From positions 1,952,001-2,016,000 of the forward strand of contig CBDCTK010000002.1 in the NCBI GenBank assembly GCA_965222225.1: 64,000 nucleotides of DNA, given 5' to 3'. The translations under genes were made by a program, and so were the position numbers. This document shows positions 33,351 through 43,772 of the stretch, piece by piece; the stretch's first letter is position 1; every line of letters starts with the position of its first letter. The DNA is from Candidatus Poribacteria bacterium (GTDB lineage: Bacteria > Poribacteria > WGA-4E > JAJDTR01). Below the pieces are notes generated by a model, which was not told the origin of the DNA, did not search any database, and saw only the letters and a list, made by a program, of their open reading frames with translations.

Positions 33351-34035
33351 GAATTCCTATCGATCAACTGACCGAATAGGGAAGGCGATAGGAATTCTTG
33401 CTCGCTGTAAAATCTCTATCGCACTCGCTAATCGCTCGCTTGACTGGCCGCGACCGGGAGAGGGAGCTCTATCGCAGTCATTATCCATTCCTTTGATCCT
33501 ACAAGAAATGGTGGGCGGCGCCCACCCTACAGGAGCTCTATCGCGCGGGATTTGCCGCGGGAATCGGTGCGGACAGAGTCGGGGCAAGATGCCCCTCCTA
33601 CGGTGTATTTGTTTGTATCCAGCGAGAAGAACGGCGGTGCAGGATGCGCACCTTACAACGGCTAAAGGGCGGTGCGGGGGAACCTTAGGGGATTTCTATC
33701 GCACGGGATCTACTATCGCCCTCACTATTCGTTCGGTTGATCGTTATCCATTCGTTTGATTCCCTCCTACAAATTGGTTAATCGCCCGTTGTCCAGTCGA
33801 AAAAGGACATTCTTTGTCTGGTAACTCGATTGTCATCTGTGCGATAATATGACACTGATAAGGTATTTGGACTACCCCGGATTGGTCAGATTTTCTACCT
33901 CAAGGGATTTGCTATAGGAACCCTATCCGGACTTGCTATCGCACGGGATTTTCTATCGCGGTCACTAATCGGTCGGCTGAGGGGTCGCGACCGGGAGGTC
34001 GCTCCTACAAGAAATCATTCATTCGCTTGATCCTT
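33351..34035. repeat. Dense cluster of hairpin elements and GTAG REPs
   Basis: Full copies at 33362 (reverse), 33416, 33469, 33713 and 33953; intact REPs at 33577-33601 and 33983-34008. Confidence 0.88.
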
Positions 34036-34054
34036 CCTAGGAGAACCTGACACA

Positions 34055-34996
34055 ATGTATAGCGCTGCAAAAATCTTTGAACAGATTCCGAACTTCCCGT
34101 CCTGTCATGCGTCAACGATTGCGGAGATGCCCGACGGAGAGCTGCTTGCCGCATGGTATGCCGGATCGCGAGAAGGGGCGAAAGATGTGGCGATCTTTAC
34201 CTCCCGACGGACATACGGGGGTGAACGCTGGATGCAGCCGGAAATGGTTGTGAACACTCCGAATTGCTCGGAAGGCAACCCTGTCTTGTTTGTCGATGCG
34301 AACCGTCAGATCTGGCTGTTCTACGTTACGATGTATGGCAACCATTGGAAACAGTGCAAGATGTATTACCAGAAGTCGAGCGCGATGGGAAATAGTTGGG
34401 ATGAGAGAGGTGTTCTCCGCGATGAGTTGGGGTGGATGACGCGCAACAAACCGCTCTATCTCTCAAACGGCGAAATCTTGCTGCCGGTCTATGATGAACG
34501 CAATTGGCATTCAATGGTGATGATTTCCGGCAATGGCGGCGAGACATGGAACACGTATGGAGATTTGTCGAGCCCGAAGGGCGTCATCCAGCCAACCGTT
34601 GTTCAGCGGGATGACGGTAGTTTGCTGATGCTAATGCGCAGTCGGGATGGCGAGATTTGGCGTTCAACCTCCAATGATTTGGGACAGAGCTGGGAGGCGG
34701 CACACCCAACGGATCTGCCGAATCCCAACTGCGGAGTTGATATGGCGCGCTTGCACAATGGAAACATCGCTCTCGTTTACAATGACACACGGCGTGGGCG
34801 AACACCTCTGACAGTCGCGCTATCTATCGACGAAGGGGAAACGTGGGGATACAAACAACATCTCGAAATCGAGGAGGGAGAATACTCCTATCCCGCCATT
34901 ATTCAAGCCCAAGACGGCGGTATCCATATCACCTATACCTACCGACGCATCAGCATCATGCACGTTGAAGTCGATGAGGCGTGGATTCGCGACTAA
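34055..34996 (+). CDS. BNR-repeat sialidase-like protein
   Basis: Asp-boxes S.NGGETW, S.DLGQSW, S.DEGETW; HASTI and EYSYP. Confidence 0.85.
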   Translation: MYSAAKIFEQIPNFPSCHASTIAEMPDGELLAAWYAGSREGAKDVAIFTSRRTYGGERWMQPEMVVNTPNCSEGNPVLFVDANRQIWLFYVTMYGNHWKQCKMYYQKSSAMGNSWDERGVLRDELGWMTRNKPLYLSNGEILLPVYDERNWHSMVMISGNGGETWNTYGDLSSPKGVIQPTVVQRDDGSLLMLMRSRDGEIWRSTSNDLGQSWEAAHPTDLPNPNCGVDMARLHNGNIALVYNDTRRGRTPLTVALSIDEGETWGYKQHLEIEEGEYSYPAIIQAQDGGIHITYTYRRISIMHVEVDEAWIRD

Positions 34997-35087
34997 GAGC
35001 CTGTTTTGAATAATCGGTGGCAAAGCCATTTGTGGTCATTTGTAGGGAGTTTTTCATGTTTTTATTGTTGTCTGCTGCGTACCTGTA

Positions 35088-35365
35088 GGATCTCTATCGC
35101 AATGGAATCTCTATCGCGGTCGCTATTTGCTCCCTTGATCCTTCCTTAATCAGTCGGTTGATCCTCATTCAGTTGCTTGATGGTCGCGACCGGGAGGTCG
35201 CTCCTACGGGATAGCTTTAGGCGGGGCAAGATGGGATCTCTATCGCACTCGCAGAAAGGCTGGTAAAATCTCAATCAGAATCTTCTATCGCCATCACAAT
35301 GGGATCTCTATCAAGAATTCCTATCGGGATTCTCTATCGCACTCGCTATCCGCTCGCTTGATCAT
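35088..35365. repeat. Hairpin-element cluster
   Basis: Full copies at 35111 and 35334, with many GATCTCTATC fragments. Confidence 0.88.
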
Positions 35366-36146
35366 CCGCGACGGGCACGTATTCCGGAAAGACCTTCGGA
35401 TAACGGCGTCCGGTTGAGACCTGACGCGTTGCCGCATCAATATAGCATACACTGAATGCTCGCCGCGGACGATTCGTGGTGTTGACCTCCGAGCGGTGCA
35501 ACGTCCAGTTGTGGAGCAGCGCGACCTCTCCCATCTCCATCTCCAGATAAAGCCGCTTCTCGTTCGGTGCGTGGATCGCTCGCTCCTCGGGAGATAACAA
35601 ATCGCCTTTTTCGGGGATGGGGCTTTTGTGCGACCCCGGAATAATTTGCAGACAGCCGTTGGCGACGCTCGTCGCATCCATCGCGGTCCAGATTGTCACC
35701 TTTGGCGGAATGCTCAACCTCCAGCCGCCTGCGCCATCTTGATGCCAATTGATGGGGATCCCTCGCCCCGCAGGCTTGTTGAAGAACATCGTCCGAAAGG
35801 CGGAGATCCCCTCGCCGATAATCTTCCGTGTAATGTCCCGAAACAGCGGGTGTTGTATGTAAGGGAGAAACAATGGGTCCTGTTCAAGGTCTTGAACTTT
35901 TCGGTAGTTTAGCGTAGAACCCTTCAACACCTTTGTCTGCTTCGATAATTCCTGATGGCCGGCTGACGGGCATAACTGCATGAGCATGTTGTCGTAGCGA
36001 ATCTTCCCCAGCATGATATCATCAATACGCTGGCAAAGTGCTTTAATCTCTTCGTCCGGTGCGACTTTGCCCAAACGTACATAGCCCTGTTCCTGAAATG
36101 TCGCAAGCTCGTCGTTAGTCAAGATGGGACCGTGCAGCTTTGTCAT
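35346..36146 (-). CDS. Phytanoyl-CoA dioxygenase (PhyH) family
   Basis: WHQD, NGCL.IIPGSH, LHRSE.N and RRA motifs. Confidence 0.9.
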   Translation of the reverse strand: MTKLHGPILTNDELATFQEQGYVRLGKVAPDEEIKALCQRIDDIMLGKIRYDNMLMQLCPSAGHQELSKQTKVLKGSTLNYRKVQDLEQDPLFLPYIQHPLFRDITRKIIGEGISAFRTMFFNKPAGRGIPINWHQDGAGGWRLSIPPKVTIWTAMDATSVANGCLQIIPGSHKSPIPEKGDLLSPEERAIHAPNEKRLYLEMEMGEVALLHNWTLHRSEVNTTNRPRRAFSVCYIDAATRQVSTGRRYPKVFPEYVPVADDQASG

Positions 36147-36319
36147 CGTAGCGCCTCCTGAGAGCGTATGAGGGATATTTGGGTGTATCTACGGGAACGT
36201 GTGGAGTTGGGTTTCGCGGTGCTCTTTGGGATTTCTATCATTTGCTTGATTCCGCCTTACAACCGGCTGTTGAAAAAGGAGCGGGCGCGGAGACCGCGCC
36301 CCTACGGGGGAGGCACGAT

Positions 36320-36547
36320 CGGTCGGTCAGTTGATGATCGCGACCGGGAGGGAGGATTTACTATCGCCCTCACTATCCGTTCGCTTGATCGCTCCTACAG
36401 GGCGGGTTTAGCTATGGGATTGCTATCGCACTCGCTATCCGCTCGGTTGATCGATAGAGATCTTGATAGCAAAGAAGCAGCTGACTGATAGGGAACAAGA
36501 GTTACTATCGCGTTCGTTATCCACTCACTTGATCGCGCGCTTGATCC
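36320..36547. repeat. Hairpin-element cluster
   Basis: Full copies at 36361, 36423 and 36505. Confidence 0.88.
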
Positions 36548-36565
36548 CGTGTGTTCAATTCGGCG

Positions 36566-38443
36566 CTAGCGGGGGAAGTCCCACAACAGTATCGTGCCGT
36601 CGAGGCCCGCACTCACCAGTGTGCTGCCGTCCGAGCTAAAAACGAGGCTGCGGACCCACTCACTGTGTGCCTTCAGTGTCTTCCGGTGCGCACCGGTGTC
36701 GGCGTCCCAAAAATCGATGCTGCCGTCCGTGCCCCCAGTTGCTACTTCGCCGCCATTCGGGGTGAAAACCACACTCATGGCACCCATTTCCGGTTGAAGC
36801 GTGTGGCGATTCGCGCCTGTCTTGGTGTCCCAGAGCCGCACGGTTTTGTCGCCGCTAACGCTTGCCAGCGCGCCGCCGTCCGGACTGAAGGCGACGCTAA
36901 CGATGTCCAACTCATGCCCCTTCAGTGTGTGTAGAGGGGTGCCCTCTGCCGTATCAAATAGACGAATCGTATAGTCGTCGCTACCGCTCGCCAGCAGTTT
37001 ACCATCGGCGCTGAACGCGAGACTGGTGCGAACCGGTCGATATATGGTCATCGGTACACGTGCGGTTTCCCATTTGAGCGATTTCAGTTCCGCGCCTGTT
37101 TTGGCGTCCCACAGCGTGGCGGAACTGACGCCATCTCCGCTGGCGAACATGGAGCCGTCGGAACTGTATGCAAAGATAACGTCATCTCCGGCATCGGGTA
37201 CCAAGGTTCTCAGTTCGCTGCCTGTCATAACATCCCAGAGTCTAATGCTGTGAAAATCGTCTCCCCTCACCAATGTTTGTCCATCTGCGCTAAAGACGAA
37301 ATTGGGCGACAGGGACATATCGTGCAGAAACGAACGCTTGTATGCCCCCGTGACAGCATCCCACACACGAATGGGGGATCTTCCGCCCGCACTTGCCAGC
37401 GTCGTGCCATCCTGGCTGATAGCCACGAAATCGAACGAGTCGAGATGCCCTCCCATGCTACCCAAGTGTGCGCCTGTTGCTGTTTTCCACAGGTTGATGG
37501 TGGTACCCGCGGTCGCCATTCGCGTCCCATCGGGGCTGAACGCAATCGCGATAATCCTATCCGTATGCCTTCGCAGCGTTCGCAGAAGTTCCCCCGTGGC
37601 GGCATCCCACAATCGGGCAGAATTGTCGCTGTACCCGCACGCCAGCGTGCTTCCATCCGGGCTGAATGTCATGCACCCGACCCAAGTCTCCCAATCCTCC
37701 AGTTGACGCAGATGATTGCCGGTGCCGACATCCCACAAACGAATACTATCGCGTCCACTCCCACTTGCCAGCATCGATCCGTCCGGGCTAAATGCAACGC
37801 TCGAAATGTACTCCGTATGTCCTACCAGGGCGCGCAGATGTTCTCCCGTTGACGCATCCCATACGTCAATGTTGTTGTTGGCAAAACTCCAACTTGCCAG
37901 CATTGTGCTATTCGGGCTGAATACCGCACCTACGCCCCTAGACGACATATCTTCCTGTGTCCGCGCATCGAATGACTGTTCCTCCTCACCCGTCAAGGTA
38001 TCCCAAAAACGGACGGTATTGTCAAAATCTACGCTTCCCAGTGTGGAGCCGTCACGACTAAAAATCACGTCGATGATTCTCGACGTGTGACCCTCCAACG
38101 TGCGCAGATGCGCGCCTGTTGAAGCATTCCAGAAACGAATGGTTCCGTCCGAACTTCCACTCGCCAATACACTCCCATCCGGGCTATAGGCTAAGCACCA
38201 GACAACACCTGCATGGGCAGCGAACAGGGCGGCTTCCTTACGGTTCGATGTGTCGTATATCCAGATCCCGATGCCTGTTCCCACCGCGAGCCGAGTGCCA
38301 TCGGGCGAATACTGTATTTGGGTAATCTTACCGTTTCCAATGCGCAATCTAGCGCCGTCGGGCAGTCCCGATTGAGGGAATTCTTGGGCGGCGCCCAGTG
38401 TGGAGAGCACAAAAAGTGATAGTAAGGTCAAAAATATCTTCAT
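36566..38443 (-). CDS. Secreted WD40-repeat protein
   Basis: Signal peptide, GLPDGARLRIGNG motif and WD repeats. Confidence 0.9.
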   Translation of the reverse strand: MKIFLTLLSLFVLSTLGAAQEFPQSGLPDGARLRIGNGKITQIQYSPDGTRLAVGTGIGIWIYDTSNRKEAALFAAHAGVVWCLAYSPDGSVLASGSSDGTIRFWNASTGAHLRTLEGHTSRIIDVIFSRDGSTLGSVDFDNTVRFWDTLTGEEEQSFDARTQEDMSSRGVGAVFSPNSTMLASWSFANNNIDVWDASTGEHLRALVGHTEYISSVAFSPDGSMLASGSGRDSIRLWDVGTGNHLRQLEDWETWVGCMTFSPDGSTLACGYSDNSARLWDAATGELLRTLRRHTDRIIAIAFSPDGTRMATAGTTINLWKTATGAHLGSMGGHLDSFDFVAISQDGTTLASAGGRSPIRVWDAVTGAYKRSFLHDMSLSPNFVFSADGQTLVRGDDFHSIRLWDVMTGSELRTLVPDAGDDVIFAYSSDGSMFASGDGVSSATLWDAKTGAELKSLKWETARVPMTIYRPVRTSLAFSADGKLLASGSDDYTIRLFDTAEGTPLHTLKGHELDIVSVAFSPDGGALASVSGDKTVRLWDTKTGANRHTLQPEMGAMSVVFTPNGGEVATGGTDGSIDFWDADTGAHRKTLKAHSEWVRSLVFSSDGSTLVSAGLDGTILLWDFPR

Positions 38444-38609
38444 CTCAATACCTCCTACATTTTATGGATAATGGGAGATTGTTAAATCCCCGACTGCTCA
38501 ATACAAAGACTCAAAGGCTGGTGCACAGGGGAACTCTATCGCGCTCATTATTCATTCGCTTGATCGTTATTCACTCAGTTGATCGGTCGTGTTGTGCATG
38601 GATGTTGGG

Positions 38610-39107
38610 TCAGAAACGGGGAGCGGTGAAACGAATTAGCAGACCTATTCCGACTACGACAACTAGCACCCACAGCACTATATTGCCTGTCTCTCTATCA
38701 CTTTGCTCGCGCCGCTTGTGCATTTCAATCTCCGTCCTGAGGTTGGCCATTTCCACCTCTGCATCCGCTAGTGCAAGTTTAAGTTTGGCATTCTCTTCCC
38801 TCAATTGCTTTATTGTCCTGCCCTGATTCTGTTCGCCATCTTGACCGGGTAAGCGTTTATCAGGTACCGTGGATATGGGTGTCTCAACCTTGGCGATGGT
38901 TTCAGGTATGATGTCTCCAATCTTTGGCTCGGACTGCACGTCGGCTAGCAGAACGAGACTCCAGGTGCCCAAGTAGGTGAACACACAAAACACAACAAGG
39001 ATTAGCATGAATCGCGAAGGGTACCCCTGAACGTGCATAATGTTGTTTCCTCGCGAAATACTCAGTCGCGAGACATGGGGAGAGCCTCGTATTCGTGTCG
39101 TTTTCAT
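38610..39107 (-). CDS. Hypothetical membrane protein with a coiled coil
   Basis: N- and C-terminal TM segments around a heptad region; start uncertain. Confidence 0.55.
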   Translation of the reverse strand: MKTTRIRGSPHVSRLSISRGNNIMHVQGYPSRFMLILVVFCVFTYLGTWSLVLLADVQSEPKIGDIIPETIAKVETPISTVPDKRLPGQDGEQNQGRTIKQLREENAKLKLALADAEVEMANLRTEIEMHKRREQSDRETGNIVLWVLVVVVGIGLLIRFTAPRF

Positions 39108-39200
39108 AGGTTAACCCGGTTTTTGCGATTTGTCAACTGACACACCAGCATAGTCAGACACAAGTCATGTTGTATGTGTCGGTCGCTATTCATTCCCTTA

Positions 39201-39459
39201 GAGCCTGCTTGAAAAATAGATGTCAAAGCCATTCTGAAGCTGTTGAGTGCTATAATCTGTCGGTCCGCTGGGGCTTAAGTGCGTGGGGTTTCGGCGTTTC
39301 TACACACCTTCAAGATCTCTATCGCACTCGCTAATCGCTCGGTTGATCCCACTCTGGGGCTTTTAGATGCTGGTGCCCTGTGCGCACCCTACAAGAGCCC
39401 TGATGAAAACCTTGGTTTTGAGGCGAAATGTGCGACAAAATGAATTTTCAAGCAGGCTC
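39201..39459. mobile_element. MITE with nested REP and hairpin element
   Basis: TIRs gagcctgcttgaaaa / ttttcaagcaggctc with TTA flanks. Confidence 0.65.
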
Positions 39460-39479
39460 TTAATGGCGCGCTACAAAAA

Positions 39480-40005
39480 CTCAAAAGCTGGTGCAGGATC
39501 TCTTTCGCAGTCATTGTTCATTCCTTTGAACGGTGCCCACCCTCCATCTTGCTCGTTTGAGGATGGTGGGCGGGTGATTTCAGCGCTACGCGAAGGATGC
39601 TAGTCGCGAAGCAGATTGTTACACGGTGGTCAGCGGGGCAAGGAGATCTCTATCGTCCTCGCTATCCGCTCGGTTGATCCCCGCCTACAGGGACGGATAG
39701 AGTATATCTGTTTGTATCTTCGGTATCCAATGAAGTTGGGTTTCGCTGTGCTCAACCCAACCTACGTCGTTGATTGGGTGTCTACCACATTGTGCTCCTC
39801 GCGAGCGCTTGAGAGAAACATGTACCCGTTCTATCGACATGGCGCACCTCCCGAGCCAGGAGTGGAGACGGTACGGGGTCGGAGGGATTTCTATTGGGGG
39901 TTCTATCCCAGTCACTATTCGCTCCATTGATGGTCGCGATTCGGAGATCGCTCCTACGGGGCGGGATTTACTATCGCCCTCCCTAATCAGTCGGTTGATC
40001 CCCAT
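39480..40005. repeat. REP/hairpin-element cluster
   Basis: Full copies at 39502, 39650, 39903 and 39971. Confidence 0.85.
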
Positions 40006-40158
40006 ACGGGGGATGGGATTTCGCGCCACTTTTGCTTGACTGAGACGGATTATAGTGCCATACTTCTATGGTACGGGAAACGGGAAGGATATCTGCCACG
40101 CCTAGGGGGCGTGACAGGATTCTTGAGGAGTTTCAGATAAAAAACAGTGAGGTGATTA

Positions 40159-41355
40159 ATGATGTTCACAAGTCGGATCGCAACTTTGGTTATTGTATGC
40201 CTGATTGCAGCCCCAGTTCTCGTGTTGTCCTCCTGCGATGAACTCGTGTCTATTTTGTCCGGGGGAGACATTGTCGAAGCGCCTGATGCAGTTTCTGTCG
40301 GCGTGGTTCTGCCGCGGACGGGCTATCTCGGTCCGGGCGAATTTGGTCCCGGCGCGCTTGTTATGGAGAACGGTTTTAACTTGGCGCTCGAAGAGATTAG
40401 CTACTCGCAACCCGAGAAGGCAATCCTGAAGTTCATCATTGAGGACGATCGAAGCACCGTAGACGGCGCGGTTGCCGCATTCAACACACTGATACATCAA
40501 GACAAAGTGCCGGTAATTCTCGGAGTTTGGACGTCAGAGGTTGCGCAGACCGTCTTTTCGATTGCGCAGGAGAATCGGGTTGTGGCTTTCAGTCCTGTCG
40601 TGGTAGCAGGCGGGTTGACCGAAATTGGCGACTTTATTTTTCGCGCGGCGCAACCCACGGATGTGCTTATTCCCGCGGGGGTTAAGGTGACGCAGGAGCA
40701 ACTCGGCTATCAACGGGTGGCGACAATTGCCGACTCTGACGATCATTTCGCCCGGACCAGCAGCGAAGAGCTAGAGCAGACGCTAAGTGATTCCGGCGTC
40801 GAGATATTGCAAGCCGAGAACTTCCAATCAGGTGAAACAGACTTTAACGCACAACTTACTCGCATAAAGGACGCTGATCCGGAGGCGATCTTCGTGTCAG
40901 CTCAACAGATTGAGACGATTCTAATCTTTAAGCAGGCTCGCGCACTTGGCATTACCTCCGATGTTCCGTTTATCACTGCGTCGCTGTCGTCGGACGACAT
41001 AGAAAGTGCCGAGGGGGCTGCCGAGGGAGCAATTACTTTTGCGTCATGGAGCAGCAAAACGGACACGCCGGGAAACCAAGCGTTTGTCGAGAAATACCGC
41101 GCCCGGTACGGACGGGAGCCTAGCGTATGGTCTGCGCTGTCGTATGCGTCCGTTCATATCCTAGCCGAAGCCGTCGCGAATGCCGAATCGACGGATTCAG
41201 TCGGGATTCGAGACGCTTTGGCGAATATTAGCGATTTTGACACCGTTTTGGGGCAGTTTTCGTTTAATGAGGTCGGCGACGGGGCTTACGATCCAAAGGT
41301 ACTGATCGTGAGGGATGGTAGGCTTGAGGCGTTCGGAGAAGGCGGCACGCCGTAG
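40159..41355 (+). CDS. LivJ/LivK-like ABC substrate-binding lipoprotein
   Basis: Lipobox LSSC; VGVVLPRTG, IEDD.S, DFIFR, TDFNAQLTRI and GQFSF...GD. Confidence 0.88.
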   Translation: MMFTSRIATLVIVCLIAAPVLVLSSCDELVSILSGGDIVEAPDAVSVGVVLPRTGYLGPGEFGPGALVMENGFNLALEEISYSQPEKAILKFIIEDDRSTVDGAVAAFNTLIHQDKVPVILGVWTSEVAQTVFSIAQENRVVAFSPVVVAGGLTEIGDFIFRAAQPTDVLIPAGVKVTQEQLGYQRVATIADSDDHFARTSSEELEQTLSDSGVEILQAENFQSGETDFNAQLTRIKDADPEAIFVSAQQIETILIFKQARALGITSDVPFITASLSSDDIESAEGAAEGAITFASWSSKTDTPGNQAFVEKYRARYGREPSVWSALSYASVHILAEAVANAESTDSVGIRDALANISDFDTVLGQFSFNEVGDGAYDPKVLIVRDGRLEAFGEGGTP

Positions 41356-41639
41356 CGGAACGTGTTAAGTGGAGAGTGACGAGTGGAGAGTGAAACCTAA
41401 CACCTCAATCCAGGCCTAGAGTTGATTGTAAAGTTGGGTTTCACTAGATTTGAAAGGGTTCTAAACGGAATCGTGTTCCTGGAAGGGAGTGTGAGGACGG
41501 GTGTTTATGACTGCAGCCGTTCAACCCAACCTACGTGTTGACTACAACTTTCCGATAAGAGCCTGTTTGAATAATCGGTGGCAAAGCAATTTCGGTCACT
41601 TTGGGCGCGGCTTTTTCATGCTTTTGTGGTAGCCTGCTA

Positions 41640-42066
41640 CATACCTGTAGGATCTCTATCGCACTCACTATCCGTTCGTTTGATCCCCGCAGGGGCTTTA
41701 GATTTGTTGTGTTGTCTTCGTTCTATAAACCTTTCGCACCTCCGGTGCTTACAAAGGCTGGTGGGCGGGGGACCTCTTTCGCACAGGATCTACTATCGCC
41801 CTCCCTAATCAGTCGGTTGATCCCAACCTACGGACCTGATGCCTATGGGGGGCGGGGCAAGAAGATCTCTATCGCACTCACTATCCAGTCGATTGATCCC
41901 CTCCTACGAGTTAGATGAGGTAAGTTCTATGGGATCTCTATCGATCAACCGACTGTATAGAATCAACTGAGCGGATGGCGAAGGCAATAGCAAATCCTGC
42001 TCATTATCCATTCCCTTGTTCGCACGTTGTGGCCGTGAAAGGTTGGTGCGCGATGCGCACCCTACA
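41640..42066. repeat. REP/hairpin-element cluster
   Basis: Full copies at 41656, 41793 and 41869; intact REP at 42045-42065. Confidence 0.85.
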
Positions 42067-42067
42067 A

Positions 42068-43240
42068 CTAAAACGCCTCGAACGCTCCGTCGCGCGCAAT
42101 CAGAACGATTGGGTCATACACCGCGTCGCCGACGGCTTCGAAAGAGAAGCTGCCGAGAACGGTCTCAAAGTCGCTTGTGCCAGCCAACGCCTCCCGTATC
42201 GCACCCGAATCGGTTGACCCAGCCTCAGAAATCGCATTCACTAAGAGTTTCACGGACGTGTATGACAATGCGCTAAAAACCGAGGGCGCCGCGTCGTATT
42301 TCGCGGTGTAGTTCCGGACAAACGCCTGATTCCCCGGAGTTTCCGCCGTACCGGACCAAGCGGTAAACGTAATTGCCCCCTCCGCGGCTGTGCCCGCCTC
42401 CTGCACTTCGCCCAAACTCAGCAACGGTACAATTAAAGGTACATCGTCGGGAATCCCGACTTCGCGCCCCTGAACGAGTATCTTCGTCTGGTCAAACGAG
42501 TTCGCCGCGACAAGAACCGCCTCCGGATTCAAGTCCCGAATCCGCGTTAACTGGGCACGCAGATCTGCCTCGCGGGTAGTGAACGTCTCTGTCGTCAAAA
42601 TATCAACGCCAATCGCCGTGAGCGTCTCCGAATACACGTCATTGGTGCTGCGGGAGAACAGATCGAGGGTGTCAACTATAATTGCGACGCGCTGATACCC
42701 CAGTTTTTCTTGTGTAAGGTGTACACCAGGTGGGATCAGTTTGTCCACGGTCAGGTTCACGCGAAAAACAAAGTCCCCAAGCGCGCTCAGTCCTTGCGAC
42801 GCGGATGTCGGCGCAATTGCCACAATTTGATTCTCTTCCGCCACCGGGAAGGCTATCTCCGTTAGGGTCAATGTGGCGGGGCCCAGAAGCGCGACCACCC
42901 CGTCCTCGTGGATCAGCTTGTTGTATGCCGCAATTGCGCCCTCTGGTGTGCTCTTATTATCCTCAAGGATGAAGCGGATCTGCGGCGGCGCGAGCTGTGT
43001 GCTGTTAATCTCGTCGCGCGCCAAATAGAAGCCGTTTAGATACCTGATTATGTCCGGGTCGTCGGGGCCGTCGACGAAGGCGCCGGACTGCGGCATCACC
43101 ACGCCGATGAGGAGTTCATCGGGCAACGGCGTCGGCGCTTCGCCGCCGGAGAGAACCGACACCAATTCCTCACAGCCGCAAAGCCCCAAGATGAGCGCGG
43201 CGCTTATAACCAATAAACAGATTTTCTTGATAGGATTCAC
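42068..43240 (-). CDS. LivJ/LivK-like ABC substrate-binding lipoprotein (paralogue)
   Basis: Same motifs as 40159..41355. Confidence 0.88.
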   Translation of the reverse strand: MNPIKKICLLVISAALILGLCGCEELVSVLSGGEAPTPLPDELLIGVVMPQSGAFVDGPDDPDIIRYLNGFYLARDEINSTQLAPPQIRFILEDNKSTPEGAIAAYNKLIHEDGVVALLGPATLTLTEIAFPVAEENQIVAIAPTSASQGLSALGDFVFRVNLTVDKLIPPGVHLTQEKLGYQRVAIIVDTLDLFSRSTNDVYSETLTAIGVDILTTETFTTREADLRAQLTRIRDLNPEAVLVAANSFDQTKILVQGREVGIPDDVPLIVPLLSLGEVQEAGTAAEGAITFTAWSGTAETPGNQAFVRNYTAKYDAAPSVFSALSYTSVKLLVNAISEAGSTDSGAIREALAGTSDFETVLGSFSFEAVGDAVYDPIVLIARDGAFEAF

Positions 43241-43296
43241 TATGTTGGGCCTCCTTAATTCATTGCAATTTGTTGTAGGAATGAAACATATGCATC

Positions 43297-43575
43297 GTAG
43301 GTGAGGGGACGACTCGTTCCCCCTGTGAACGCGAGTATTTTATCCAACTCGGCGACATAATTCAAGCCCGTTGCGAAGCCTTGGGGCGCTAATCTGCCGA
43401 GTTGCCCTGTTACGTTCCCGGTTCCGCTTGCGTCTGATGGCGGGCTACTGTTAAACGGTAGCCGTGATGGCAGCGTTTCTTGGCGCAGAAGTTGTCCACA
43501 TTCAACGCACCGGATATGGTCTAACCCGCTTACCGGGGGTTCGGCGGTGCTACCGGATTGCGGCGACCGAGACAT
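43297..43575. ncRNA. Candidate structured non-coding element
   Basis: Multiple stems; no family recognised. Confidence 0.3.
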
Positions 43576-43711
43576 GAGGATAGGGACTATTCGTGCGGTT
43601 ACACGGAATTTGGGGGTTGGTTGGGGGGATTTTTTGAGGGCGTAGGCGGCATGCGATCGGCATGAAGTGACCCCGAAAATCTCGTCAGTTTGCTTGAAAT
43701 TTCAATATATC

Positions 43712-43739
43712 TTGCTTGGAAGGTGAGATATGGTATAAT
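43712..43739 (+). promoter_or_regulatory. Extended -10 promoter
   Basis: TGGTATAAT at 43731-43739, followed by a GAGGAGG RBS. Confidence 0.55.
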
Positions 43740-43772
43740 CTAGGTAGTTATTCAACGAGGAGGAAGATTATC

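Noticed and set aside
33241-33759. ORFs with recurring SIALTIRS / LSHSLFIRLI peptides (also 36168, 39616, 39770, 41578, 41601)
   Set aside because: These are translations of the non-coding element. Variation follows base pairing, not codon position
17384-41898. The repeats as classical integron attC sites
   Set aside because: There are no RYYYAAC/GTTRRRY boxes and no integrase, genes face both ways, and elements occur in clusters inside REPs. Only the structure-over-sequence logic is analogous
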